Source: Alkanindiges sp. WGS2144 (lineage in GTDB: Bacteria > Pseudomonadota > Gammaproteobacteria > Pseudomonadales > Moraxellaceae). From it: a stretch of 32,000 nucleotides of DNA. A model generated the notes under the pieces. It did no database searches and was not told the DNA's origin. It worked only from the letters and a program-made list of their open reading frames with translations. The DNA lies in NCBI RefSeq assembly GCF_043950625.1, contig NZ_CP171007.1; one strand, written 5' to 3'. This document shows, piece by piece, positions 20,940 through 30,478 of the stretch (its first letter is position 1; each line of letters begins with the position of its first letter). The translations under genes and the position numbers were made by a program.

Positions 20940-22307
20940 TTAACTCTGCAATAAGCGCAATAAATTTTGATAGTCTTCGTTAAACGCCGGATCAGACTGG
21001 CATAACTCCTTGACCTTATCACAGGCATGCATCACCGTGCTGTGATCACGACCACCAAACGCCTCGCCAATATCCGGAAAACTGTCATTGGTCAGCTCAC
21101 GCGCTAGCCCCATGGCAATCTGGCGGGGTCTGGCATAAATCCGGGTGCGCTTGGGACCAATCAGCTCTTTTAGAGGAATACGGTAAAACTCACTTACCAC
21201 GCGCTGGATATTATCAATGCTCATGGTTCGGGCACGAATTGCCAATACATCCTTTAGGGATTCACGCACCACATCCAGATCAATACTACTGCCCTTAAAG
21301 CGTGATATCGCAACCACCTTGTTTAGTGCACCCTCCAGCTCACGTACATTGGCTACCACCTGCTGGGCAATAAACAAGGCACAGTTGCGGGGTAACTCAA
21401 TCCCATTGCTTTCGGCTTTTTTGAGCAAAATCTCAATGCGGGTTTCCAAATCAGGTGGCTCTACCCCAACTGACAATCCCCAGGAAAACCGCGATACCAG
21501 CCGCGGATCCAGCTCGGTCAGCTCCTTAGGATATCGGTCCGAGGTTAAAATAATCTGTTTGGACTCGTCCAGTAAGGCATTAAAGGTATGAAAAAACTCA
21601 ACCAGACTGGCTTTGCCCGTTAACAGGTGAATATCATCAACCAGCAGCAAATCCAGCGAACGGCAATTTTGCTTGAACTCATCAATCTTGCCGCGCTGTA
21701 AGGCACTGACAAAATCCTGCACAAAATTTTCTGAGGTCATATAAATGACCCGGGCATTGGGTTTGGCCTGTAATAAAGCATTTCCCACCGCATGCATGAG
21801 GTGAGTTTTACCCAGACCAGTTGGCCCATATAAAAATAACGGATTGTGCTGCGACTCGCCCAGCTGGGTGAGTACCCGGCGGCAGGTTTCCGCAGCCATC
21901 TGGTTGGAACGGCCTTCAACAAACAAGGCAAAAGTAAATTGTGGATTGAGCTGGCGTTTTTTTTGATTATTGCTGGTTTTAGCAACCGGCTCTTCCACTG
22001 GTTTGCTTTCTTTAACTGGTGCTTGAGCTGACTCTGCCGCAGCCGCGCCGTGTTGCGCAATGATCTCACCTGGCCGCGAATCAACCTGAATCTGGACTTC
22101 ACTGATACGCCCGTCACTGGCCTTATTGACCAGCTCACGGATTTGCTCCAGATGATGTTCCTGGATATAGCGGGTCCAATAATGATTAGGTGCCAGCAGA
22201 ATCAGGGCATTATCACGCTCTTCGGCATGCAGTGGACGAATCCACATGGTGAATACATTATCAGACAGTTCGTGCCGCAGTGTATTCAGACATTCTGCCC
22301 AGACCAT
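20940..22307 (-). CDS. dnaA: Chromosomal replication initiator protein DnaA
   Basis: AAA+ Walker A GPTGLGKTHL, Walker B LLVDDIH, and a C-terminal DNA-binding domain (GGRDHSTVMHA). The ORF track starts at a TTG at 22322. The ATG at 22307 (MVWAECL...) has a GGGGG(T) Shine-Dalgarno-like sequence upstream and matches the usual DnaA N-terminus. Confidence 0.97.
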   Translation of the reverse strand: MVWAECLNTLRHELSDNVFTMWIRPLHAEERDNALILLAPNHYWTRYIQEHHLEQIRELVNKASDGRISEVQIQVDSRPGEIIAQHGAAAAESAQAPVKESKPVEEPVAKTSNNQKKRQLNPQFTFALFVEGRSNQMAAETCRRVLTQLGESQHNPLFLYGPTGLGKTHLMHAVGNALLQAKPNARVIYMTSENFVQDFVSALQRGKIDEFKQNCRSLDLLLVDDIHLLTGKASLVEFFHTFNALLDESKQIILTSDRYPKELTELDPRLVSRFSWGLSVGVEPPDLETRIEILLKKAESNGIELPRNCALFIAQQVVANVRELEGALNKVVAISRFKGSSIDLDVVRESLKDVLAIRARTMSIDNIQRVVSEFYRIPLKELIGPKRTRIYARPRQIAMGLARELTNDSFPDIGEAFGGRDHSTVMHACDKVKELCQSDPAFNEDYQNLLRLLQS

Positions 22308-22419
22308 GATACCCCCATACAAAAACTGAAAATTCGATGAACCGCAAAACCGTGTTGTTCACCACGGTACACACAACCCGTAACGGGTTATTTATATGAA
22401 CTCACTTCCTGATGATCAT

Positions 22420-22930
22420 GCGTGGCTCATTCTAACCAACTTATCCACATCTGTCATACGTCTGTTCCCTATGATCGCTGCTTTATTCAACATCAAATTC
22501 AAAAAAACGAATTTAAATTTAAAATTCAGCCTGTGGAAAACTTTTGGATAAGCTTGTGGATAAAATTAAGCACATACTTATCCACAAAGCATACACAGAT
22601 CTAGCCAAGTTTTATCCACAACCTAACTTAATGTTTAATCAACCAAAAGGTTGGGTTTCCACAGAAAACCTGTCTCCTAATAATAATAAATTTAAATTTA
22701 ATAAATTTGAATTTATTCTATTGGGCTGTAAAACTGAGGATAACTCAGAGTAGATTTCAAATTTAAATTTAAAATCCAGCCAGGCAGAGCTTAATATAAA
22801 TGGTTGAAAGCCAAATCATAGTCAAGGTGTGGATAACTTTCAATGCTTATTGGAATTTGTATGCTAAGCCACTAAAATCACATAACATTTTTATTTAAAA
22901 TGGCTGTGTGTAGTTTTGTGGATATCTGTA
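22420..22930. other. oriC: Chromosomal replication origin oriC (DnaA-box cluster plus A/T-rich unwinding region)
   Basis: Five perfect DnaA boxes (TTATCCACA / TGTGGATAA) at 22441-22449, 22555-22563, 22578-22586, 22612-22620 and 22828-22836. One-mismatch boxes at 22532-22540, 22543-22551 and 22917-22925. A weaker box at 22655-22663. An A/T-rich block at about 22680-22780. It lies in the dnaA-rpmH intergenic space, as in Pseudomonas and Acinetobacter. Confidence 0.9.
22511..22781 (+). repeat. A/T-rich direct repeats within oriC (ATTTAAATTTAA x3; longer 21-nt version x2)
   Basis: ATTTAAATTTAA occurs at 22511-22522, 22690-22701 and 22761-22772. The first and third copies extend to ATTTAAATTTAAAAT(T/C)CAGCC (22511-22531 and 22761-22781), exactly 250 bp apart. 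Confidence 0.75.
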
Positions 22931-23066
22931 AGAGGCAAAGTTTTCTTATTATTTACTTAAAAAATAATTTGCTAATTCAATAACATACATCAAGAATACT
23001 TATTCCTAAAAATTCGGTCAGGAAACCCGGTAGCACAAAAAAACAGCCAAATACAAGTACATTTGT

Positions 23067-23095
23067 TTGACAGCGCAGCCTTTGGTCAATAAAAT
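23067..23095 (+). promoter_or_regulatory. Candidate rpmH promoter
   Basis: TTGACA (23067-23072), a 17-bp spacer, TAAAAT (23090-23095). It lies about 33 nt upstream of the rpmH ATG. Confidence 0.6.
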
Positions 23096-23118
23096 CGCGT
23101 TCTTTTGTATAGCTTTGA

Positions 23119-23262
<144 letters not shown>

Positions 23263-23303
23263 TCCGGTTAAACGATATTATAGACGCGTGCGCGTCGGAC
23301 TCT

Positions 23304-23708
23304 ATGGCATCGTTTGCATTTACACCAGAATGCAGGCTGCTCACAGCTGCTGACTTTAAGGCAGTGTTTGACTGTGCCATGTACAAAGTCCATCAACCCG
23401 GTTTTTTGCTGCTTGCAATCCAGCGCAGTGCTGAATCTTCTCAAAGCCGTATCGGCATTGTGGTGGCTAAACGGAAAATCAAACGCGCACACGAACGAAA
23501 TCGTTTTAAACGGTTAACTCGAGAGAGTTTCAGGCTGCATCAACAACAGCTACCTGCGGTTGATATTGTTATCATGGCCAAGCAGGGTGCCGATCATCTC
23601 CAAAATCCGGATTTACACCAGCAATTACAAACTGGCTGGCGTATGTTGCAGCATCGGGTGAAAAAACAGCACCTGATCAGGCAGCCCCTTTCTCAAAATC
23701 CCATGTAA
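23304..23708 (+). CDS. rnpA: Ribonuclease P protein component
   Basis: 134-aa basic protein with the RNR-type motif region ([25 protein letters not shown]). It is in the conserved position after rpmH. Confidence 0.9.
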   Translation: MASFAFTPECRLLTAADFKAVFDCAMYKVHQPGFLLLAIQRSAESSQSRIGIVVAKRKIKRAHERNRFKRLTRESFRLHQQQLPAVDIVIMAKQGADHLQNPDLHQQLQTGWRMLQHRVKKQHLIRQPLSQNPM

Positions 23709-23719
23709 AGGGCTGGCCG

Positions 23720-24013
23720 ATGGCTCGTTTTTTACATTGGTTGATCCGATTTTATCAAATCGCCATTAGTCCATTATTAGGACCCCGGTGTCGCTATATT
23801 CCTACCTGTTCTCAATATGCGTTAGAGGCTGTTCGTCTGCATGGTGCAGGCCGGGGCAGCTGGCTGGCATGCAAGCGGGTATGTCGCTGTCATCCGTGGG
23901 GTGGTTATGGTTATGATCCTGTGCCTGGGTTTCCACCGTTTAGGCCGTTTCAGTACATTGATCCAACGCAGGTAACTCTGGGGGTTCCTTTTAAGAACCG
24001 CCCGATGTTTTAA
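23720..24013 (+). CDS. yidD: Membrane protein insertion efficiency factor YidD
   Basis: [31 protein letters not shown] is the conserved YidD core. It lies between rnpA and yidC. Confidence 0.9.
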   Translation: MARFLHWLIRFYQIAISPLLGPRCRYIPTCSQYALEAVRLHGAGRGSWLACKRVCRCHPWGGYGYDPVPGFPPFRPFQYIDPTQVTLGVPFKNRPMF

Positions 24014-24040
24014 ACCGCTTCACTTTCTGGGGTAAGCATT

Positions 24041-25753
24041 ATGCAACAATGGGGCAGAATCGCGCTTCTGGCAGCCATGTTTGTGACCGCGTATCTGATT
24101 ATTCTGGCGTGGCAAAAAGACTACGGCCCAGATGCTCAGGTCCAGCAGGCTCCTGCTGCTGTCGCACCGCGAGCATCAACATCGACTGATATTCCAAGTG
24201 GACCAGTCGCTGCCGGTGCAACAGATACTGATATTCCAGCCGCTGCGTCAGTGACTAACGCGGCCAATACGGTGAGCAATGTTGCTGCCAACAGTCATCT
24301 GGTAGAGGTATTCACCGATGTGTACCACCTGTGGATTGATCCCCAGGGTGGGGATGTGGTGCGTGCCGAGCTGTTACAGCACGACCTGAATAAAAGCCAG
24401 GAAGACAAGCCATTTGTCATGCTGGAAAATGATGCCAATCGGGTATATATCGCCCAGTCTGGCCTGATTGGGGCCAATGGCCCGGATGCCGGTACCAATG
24501 GACGTCCCAGCTATGAGACTGAGCACAAGCAGTACCGCTTGCAGGCTGGACAGCAGGAACTGGTGGTGCCACTGGTCTATAAAACCGCCAATGGCGTAGA
24601 AGTGATCAAGAGCTTTAATTTTAAGGCAGGTCAGTATCCCATTCATGTCAATTACCGCATTATTAACCGCAGTAACCAGCCATGGCAGGGGCAGATGTTT
24701 GGCCAGATCAAGCGCGATAACAGTGCTGACCCTAGTAAGAGCCATCAGGGTATTTTTCAGCTGGGTACTTATCTGGGCGGTGCCTGGGGTACGCCGGATG
24801 AGCAGTATAACAAGCTGAAATTTGATAATTTCCAGAGTGATGCCTTAAGCAAGCAGGCCAAGGGTGGCTGGGTAGGCATTGTGCAGCACTATTTTGTGAC
24901 TGCCTGGATTCCGGATGCCAAATACAATGCCACGCTGGAAACACGCCGTGTTGGTGATAATAATGTGATTGGTTTTCGTTCTCCAACCATTAATGTGCCT
25001 GCCGGTATGCAGTATGATGTGGGTGCTACCCTCTATACTGGCCCTAAAATTCAGTCTGAATTAAAAGACCTGGCGGCTGGTTTAAACCAGACCGTAGACT
25101 ATGGCTGGTTATGGCCCATTGCCCAGGTGTTGTTTATTGGCCTGAAGTTTTTCCATGGCGTGGTGGGTAACTGGGGCTGGGCCATTATCCTGCTGACCTG
25201 TGCGGTAAAACTGGTCTTGTTTCCCCTGTCGGCCAAAAGCTATCGCTCGATGGCCAAAATGCGCCTGATTACGCCAGAAATGCAGCGCTTAAAGGAAGAG
25301 CATGGCGAAGACCGCATGAAGTTTTCGCAGGAAATGATGGCGCTTTACAAGCGTGAGCAGGTTAATCCGCTGTCTGGTTGCTTGCCGCTGTTGTTACAAA
25401 TGCCTATTTTTCTGGCACTGTACTGGGTGCTCATGGAAAGTGTGGAGCTACGTCATGCGCCATGGCTGGGCTGGATTCAGGACTTGTCCGCCATGGATCC
25501 GTTATTTATTTTGCCGCTACTCATGGGTGTTACCATGTATGTGCAGCAAATGCTGAATCCACAGCCTACCGATCCCATGCAGGCCAAGGTATTCAAGCTG
25601 ATGCCAATTATCTTTACCGTGTTCTTGCTGTTTTTCCCGGCAGGTCTGGTGCTGTACTGGATTGTCAACAACCTGCTGACCATTTTGCAGCAATGGCTGG
25701 TTAATCGCAGCATTGCCAAAGAGGCGGCTGCCAGAACCAGTAGCGCTGACTAA
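24041..25753 (+). CDS. yidC: Membrane protein insertase YidC
   Basis: 570 aa with an N-terminal TM segment, a large periplasmic domain and a C-terminal five-TM 60-kDa insertase core (GWAIILLTCAVKLVLFPLS ... LYWIVNNLLTILQQ). Confidence 0.96.
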   Translation: MQQWGRIALLAAMFVTAYLIILAWQKDYGPDAQVQQAPAAVAPRASTSTDIPSGPVAAGATDTDIPAAASVTNAANTVSNVAANSHLVEVFTDVYHLWIDPQGGDVVRAELLQHDLNKSQEDKPFVMLENDANRVYIAQSGLIGANGPDAGTNGRPSYETEHKQYRLQAGQQELVVPLVYKTANGVEVIKSFNFKAGQYPIHVNYRIINRSNQPWQGQMFGQIKRDNSADPSKSHQGIFQLGTYLGGAWGTPDEQYNKLKFDNFQSDALSKQAKGGWVGIVQHYFVTAWIPDAKYNATLETRRVGDNNVIGFRSPTINVPAGMQYDVGATLYTGPKIQSELKDLAAGLNQTVDYGWLWPIAQVLFIGLKFFHGVVGNWGWAIILLTCAVKLVLFPLSAKSYRSMAKMRLITPEMQRLKEEHGEDRMKFSQEMMALYKREQVNPLSGCLPLLLQMPIFLALYWVLMESVELRHAPWLGWIQDLSAMDPLFILPLLMGVTMYVQQMLNPQPTDPMQAKVFKLMPIIFTVFLLFFPAGLVLYWIVNNLLTILQQWLVNRSIAKEAAARTSSAD

Positions 25754-25771
25754 TTAGCTGACCTGATGTTC

Positions 25772-25808
25772 AAAAACCGCCTGAGCTGCTACGCTTGGGC
25801 GGTTTTTT
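25772..25808 (+). terminator. Rho-independent terminator after yidC
   Basis: AAAAACCGCC-(16-nt loop)-GGCGGTTTTTT, starting 19 nt after the yidC stop. Confidence 0.75.
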
Positions 25809-25850
25809 ATTGCTGTGATGTTTTTTGCTTTTATTGTTTGAGAGGCCATC

Positions 25851-27206
25851 ATGATGCCAACTACCACAATTGCTGCTATTGCTACCCCTCAGGGGCGTGG
25901 CGGGGTAGGGGTTATCCGCCTGTCTGGTTGTAACGCACTGCATATTGCCCAGGTGTTAACCCAAAAGCCTCTACCCCAAGCACGTATGGCTGGTTTTCGG
26001 CAGTTTCTGGATGACAATAATGAGGTGATTGATGAAGGCCTGATCCTGTGTTTTCCAGCGCCGCATTCCTTTACTGGCGAAGATGTGGTGGAAGTGCAGG
26101 GTCATGGCGGGGTGGTGGTACAAAATGCCGTGTTGGAACGCCTGTTGAGTTTGGGTGCCACTGCTGCCAGGGCTGGTGAGTTCTCCTTACGGGCTTTTGA
26201 GAACGGGAAAATGGATCTGGCACAGGCTGAAGCCATCAGTGATTTGATTGATGCCAGCAGTCAGGCGGCAGCACGTTCGGCGGTGCGTTCCTTGCAGGGA
26301 GTTTTTTCGGCACGGGTGAATGCGGTGCTGGAACAGTTGATTCATTTGCGCCTGCATGTAGAGGCCGCCATTGATTTTCCTGAAGAAGAAATTGATTTTC
26401 TGGCGGATGGTAAAATTTTAAATTTGCTGGAGGGGGTGCAAGAGGCTGTTGCAGCAGTACAAAAATCCGCCAAGCAGGGGCAGTTGCTGCGTGAAGGCCT
26501 GCAAGTGGTGATTGCCGGTAAGCCCAATGCAGGCAAGTCCAGCTTGCTCAACGCGCTGGCCGGGGTAGATCGTGCTATTGTCACCGATATTGCCGGCACC
26601 ACCCGTGATGTCCTGCATGAAAAAATCACCCTAAACGGCTTGCCCATTACATTGACCGATACCGCAGGATTACGGGAAACTGGTGATGTGGTGGAGCAAG
26701 AAGGCATTAAACGTGCCTATAGGGAAATTGAGCAGGCTGATTTATTGCTGCTGGTGTATGACCTGACTACCGATAATGATCCGCTGGCGCTGGCTGATGG
26801 ATTTTTTCAGCAGCAACTGGATCAAAAGCGCTTGATGCTGATAGCCAATAAGGCGGATCTGGCCGGGATCATACCCAGGCAGGATGAGCTAAACGGCTTT
26901 AAACGAGTTGTGATCTCTGCCAGGCAGGGAGAGGGCGTTGAAGGGCTCATAGAGGCGATTAGCGCACATGCGGGTTATCAACCTGAGGAAGGTACCTTTA
27001 TTGCCCGAACGCGGCACTTGAACGCAATGGTACGCTGTCAACAGTATCTGGCAGATGCGCGGGTGCAATTAATAGAGTTTCATGCCGGTGAGCTGATGGC
27101 AGAATCGTTAAGGCTGGCGCAGAATGCCTTAAGCGAGATTACTGGTGAGTTTAGTGCTGATGATTTGCTAGGCAAGATTTTTGGCAGTTTTTGTATTGGA
27201 AAATAA
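25851..27206 (+). CDS. mnmE: tRNA modification GTPase MnmE (TrmE)
   Basis: 451 aa with G1 GKPNAGKSSL, G3 DTAGLR and G4 NKADL motifs and the invariant C-terminal CIGK. Confidence 0.96.
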   Translation: MMPTTTIAAIATPQGRGGVGVIRLSGCNALHIAQVLTQKPLPQARMAGFRQFLDDNNEVIDEGLILCFPAPHSFTGEDVVEVQGHGGVVVQNAVLERLLSLGATAARAGEFSLRAFENGKMDLAQAEAISDLIDASSQAAARSAVRSLQGVFSARVNAVLEQLIHLRLHVEAAIDFPEEEIDFLADGKILNLLEGVQEAVAAVQKSAKQGQLLREGLQVVIAGKPNAGKSSLLNALAGVDRAIVTDIAGTTRDVLHEKITLNGLPITLTDTAGLRETGDVVEQEGIKRAYREIEQADLLLLVYDLTTDNDPLALADGFFQQQLDQKRLMLIANKADLAGIIPRQDELNGFKRVVISARQGEGVEGLIEAISAHAGYQPEEGTFIARTRHLNAMVRCQQYLADARVQLIEFHAGELMAESLRLAQNALSEITGEFSADDLLGKIFGSFCIGK

Positions 27207-27235
27207 GAGCGCTGCGGTATTGTCAACAAAGACGT

Positions 27236-27272
27236 AAAAGTGGTGCCAGTCAATAAACTGGCACCAGCTTTA
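27236..27272. terminator. Bidirectional terminator hairpin between mnmE and the DUF4142-like gene
   Basis: TGGTGCCAGT (27241-27250), loop caataa, ACTGGCACCA (27257-27266): a perfect 10-bp stem. It is flanked by AAAAG on the left and GCTTTAT on the right, between convergent genes. Confidence 0.7.
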
Positions 27273-27288
27273 TACATCTAAAGCGTCA

Positions 27289-27846
27289 TTATTTTAGATT
27301 ATTTTTGATCAGTTCCGCCATTTGCAGGTGCTGGGCAATGGTTGGGCGGGTCTGGGTCAGCAGGGTACGTAATTCAGCATTTTGCGCATTGGGCAACAGC
27401 TTGTCATCAATGGTTTTTAGCACCATTTTATGTACCTTGATCTGGCTATCTATGTATTCCTTGTCAAAGTCTTTTATGTCGGTTTTATTCAGTTTGTTTA
27501 CAACATCATCACTGTCTTTTTTGAGCTTGGTGCTGACTTCATTGTTCTGTGGGGTTATCCCTAAGCGGCTACCCAGTGCCTGGCCTTTTTGATAATTGTT
27601 AGTGTGCTCAGTCACCATTTTTTTGGCAAAATTTTTCACCTGTACATTTTGAGCTTTTTGCAGGGCAATTTGACCCTGACTGATTTCACCCATGTTGGCA
27701 GTATTCAGCACTGACATAATTTCGGCGTCATTCAGCTGGGTTTTATGCAGGTGAGACATCATATTTTCGGTTTTTTCGGCCATGCTGCTACAGCCAGTAA
27801 CTACCACCATGGCACCAAGCAATACTCCAGTTGCAATCTTTTTCAT
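27289..27846 (-). CDS. DUF4142-like lipoprotein
   Basis: 185 aa with a signal peptide and lipobox (VVVTGC/SS). The repeated helical ...NMGEISQGQIALQKAQNVQVKNFAKKMVTEHT... pattern resembles the DUF4142 family (recollection). Confidence 0.8.
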   Translation of the reverse strand: MKKIATGVLLGAMVVVTGCSSMAEKTENMMSHLHKTQLNDAEIMSVLNTANMGEISQGQIALQKAQNVQVKNFAKKMVTEHTNNYQKGQALGSRLGITPQNNEVSTKLKKDSDDVVNKLNKTDIKDFDKEYIDSQIKVHKMVLKTIDDKLLPNAQNAELRTLLTQTRPTIAQHLQMAELIKNNLK

Positions 27847-28080
27847 GACTTACCTCAATTTATAAACTTGTCTTAAACATTCAGCCTAGAGCAAAAGTTA
27901 ATCAGGTTTTGTAAGTTTTTTGATCAATTAAGTGAAATTAATAAAGTTATTAGAGGGTTATATAATAAAAGTCTGGCGTTTCGTTCAAACGTGTTTCACC
28001 TGCATCAAAATATATAGCAAGGAAGGCTGGTCAATTGCCAACACAGCAGATACCAGCCCATCCTTATTATGGTTGGAGAT

Positions 28081-28341
28081 TTAGGCAGGATTTTTGTTGC
28101 GGGTAATCAGGTTATAAATAAACAGCACAATCACTGCACCGATCACCGACATAATAAATCCGGCCGCTTCGCCATCAGCATACCAGCCCAGCCAGCGACC
28201 CAGGTAGGTGGCGAGCAGTGAACCAATAATCCCCAGTACGGCAGTGACAATAAAGCCTGCCTTATCATCGCCTGGATGAATGGCACGGGCAATTAAACCA
28301 GCAAAAAAACCAATGATAATGGCACCGATCAATGAAAGCAT
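28081..28341 (-). CDS. GlsB/YeaQ/YmgE family (transglycosylase-associated) small membrane protein
   Basis: 86 aa with three Gly-rich TM segments (IIGFFAGLIARAI, GIIGSLLATYLG, VIGAVIVLFIY), typical of this family. Confidence 0.85.
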   Translation of the reverse strand: MLSLIGAIIIGFFAGLIARAIHPGDDKAGFIVTAVLGIIGSLLATYLGRWLGWYADGEAAGFIMSVIGAVIVLFIYNLITRNKNPA

Positions 28342-28483
28342 GGCCTTCTCCTTTTTTATGCAATTTGTTTACACTTAAAAGAAATAACACAGAGTGACCA
28401 TGTGATTGACAGCGCTTTGGTGAGTATTAGTGCAAAAATTGTTATGAAAAGCAGTTAAATAGCAACTAAAACAGTTGCCAGGT

Positions 28484-29014
28484 TTATTCAGGGATCACTT
28501 TGCCAATATAGGGCAGGTGGCGATAGTGCTGGGCATAATCTACGCCAAAACCCACAATAAACTCATCTGGAATGGCAAAGCCAATATACTTAACGGCAAC
28601 ATTGACTTCGCGGCGCGATGGCTTATCAAGCAGGGTGCAAATTTCAATGGAGGCAGGTTCACGCAGCAAAAATAGCTCACGCACTTTGCTCAAGGTATTG
28701 CCTGAGTCAATAATATCTTCCACGATTAAAACATGCCGGCCGCGGATATCTTCATCCAGATCCTTAATGATTTTAACATCACGCGAGCTGCTCATGGCAT
28801 TGCCATAGCTGGATGCGGTTAAAAAATCCACTTCATGCGGCACAGTCACCTGACGGCATAAGTCGGCCATAAACACAAAAGAGCCCTTGAGTAGACCAAC
28901 CAGCAGCAAATTATGCGCAGCATGCTGATAGTCCTGATTGATTTGCTGGGCAAGCTCATGGATACGCTGCTGAATATCTTGGGTTGAAATCATTACTTCA
29001 ACATAATGCTGCAT
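28484..29014 (-). CDS. hpt: Hypoxanthine phosphoribosyltransferase
   Basis: 176 aa with the PRPP-binding motif [14 protein letters not shown] and [12 protein letters not shown], plus an AAGGAA Shine-Dalgarno sequence 7 nt upstream of the ATG. Confidence 0.93.
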   Translation of the reverse strand: MQHYVEVMISTQDIQQRIHELAQQINQDYQHAAHNLLLVGLLKGSFVFMADLCRQVTVPHEVDFLTASSYGNAMSSSRDVKIIKDLDEDIRGRHVLIVEDIIDSGNTLSKVRELFLLREPASIEICTLLDKPSRREVNVAVKYIGFAIPDEFIVGFGVDYAQHYRHLPYIGKVIPE

Positions 29015-29068
29015 GCTACATTCCTTTTAGAAACCAGGATCAAAATGGGGTTAAACAGGATACCAGCC

Positions 29069-30427
29069 TTAAATCGCCCAGCCACCAATATAAAAAGCCA
29101 ATAAGATGACTGCGATGATCACCGTACCCAAGTTGAGCTTGCGCCATTCACCAGCAAACAGGCGGCCAACCACCAGTACACTAAAGCCCAGCATAATCCC
29201 AGTCACAATATTGCCGGTCAGCACAATAAACACCGCACAAACCAGACCCGCCATAGCACCAACCGCATCGGCAAAATTAAGTTTAGTCACGTTGCCCAGC
29301 ATGAGTAAACCCACGTACATGAGCGCTGGCGCAGTGGCATATTCAGGAATCAAATAGGCCACTGGTGATAAAAACAGCATCAGTAAAAATAAAATGCCCA
29401 CCACGGTAGTGGTTAAGCCGGTTTTACCACCTGCTGCTGTCCCTGCTGCTGATTCAATATAAACTGCTGCGGGAGCCGTACCCATTATTCCCGAAAACAT
29501 GCTGCTGACAGAATCTGAAGCCAGTGCCCGCTTGCCGTTAATGATTTGCCCGTCCTGATCAATCAGGTTGGCCTGACCGGCCACCGCACGAATCGAACCA
29601 GTTGCATCAAACACTGCTGTCATGACCAGTGCAAATACCGAAGGCAATACTTCAGGCTTAAGTGCACCCAAAATATCCAGGCTAAATAGCAGGGAATGAC
29701 CGCTAGCATCGCTCAGCCGTGGCATGGCAAATAGCCCCTGATAATGCACATTGGGGTCAAAAATCAGGCCAAAAATGGAAATGGCAATAATCACCAGCAA
29801 AATAGCACCGGGAATTTTTAAGCGCTCCAAACCAATAATCGCTGCTAACCCCAATAACGACATCATCACAGGTAATGAGGTAAAAGTACCCAAAGCTACT
29901 GGTAGGCCTTCATCCGGGTTTTTAATCACCAGACCCACACCGCTGGCGGCAATTAAAAATAAAAACAGGCCAATCCCTACGCCCAAACCATGGGCAATAT
30001 CCATGGGCAGGTTGCGTAAAATCCAGCCACGCACACCAGTAACCGAAATTAAGGTGAATAGCACGCCCATTAAAAAGACTGCGCCCAGCGCTACCGGAAT
30101 ACTGATGTGCTGACCCAGCACCAGACTAAACGCGGTAAAGGCAGTCAGTGAAATGGAGCAGCCAATGGCCATGGGAAGATTAGCCCACAGACCAATCAAT
30201 AACGAGCCAAAGCCGGCCACCAGACAGGTTGCCACAAATACCAGATCAGCTGGAAAACCGGCTTTGGCTAGCATAGCAGGCACCACAATGACCGAATACA
30301 CCATGGCCAGAAAAGTGGTAAATCCGGCAATCAGTTCGGTACGCACTGTGCTGCCACGGGCATCAATGTCAAAAAAACGCGCCAGTGCACCAGATGACGC
30401 GGGCGGGGTAGGAGTGGAGTCAGTCAT
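29069..30427 (-). CDS. NCS2/AzgA-family purine permease (guanine/hypoxanthine/adenine type)
   Basis: 452 aa, polytopic. The N-terminal [25 protein letters not shown] sequence is typical of the E. coli GhxP/GhxQ/AdeP group. It sits between guaD and hpt. Confidence 0.9.
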   Translation of the reverse strand: MTDSTPTPPASSGALARFFDIDARGSTVRTELIAGFTTFLAMVYSVIVVPAMLAKAGFPADLVFVATCLVAGFGSLLIGLWANLPMAIGCSISLTAFTAFSLVLGQHISIPVALGAVFLMGVLFTLISVTGVRGWILRNLPMDIAHGLGVGIGLFLFLIAASGVGLVIKNPDEGLPVALGTFTSLPVMMSLLGLAAIIGLERLKIPGAILLVIIAISIFGLIFDPNVHYQGLFAMPRLSDASGHSLLFSLDILGALKPEVLPSVFALVMTAVFDATGSIRAVAGQANLIDQDGQIINGKRALASDSVSSMFSGIMGTAPAAVYIESAAGTAAGGKTGLTTTVVGILFLLMLFLSPVAYLIPEYATAPALMYVGLLMLGNVTKLNFADAVGAMAGLVCAVFIVLTGNIVTGIMLGFSVLVVGRLFAGEWRKLNLGTVIIAVILLAFYIGGWAI

Positions 30428-30478
30428 TGGCGTTTCTCTTTGCAGGGCAGTACATTGCAGGGATGAGCTATTGGGGCA

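Noticed and set aside
22422-22753. 60-aa and 69-aa ORFs in the dnaA-rpmH spacer
   Set aside because: The region is the DnaA-box and A/T-rich origin. The ORFs have no Shine-Dalgarno sequence and simply read through the DnaA boxes (…IHIC…, …LIHKAY…).
22511-22781. Repeated A/T-rich units, considered as a possible CRISPR or minisatellite
   Set aside because: There are only three short (12-21 nt) copies with irregular spacing (179 and 71 bp), no cas genes, and the location is inside oriC. They are better explained as origin unwinding or accessory repeats.
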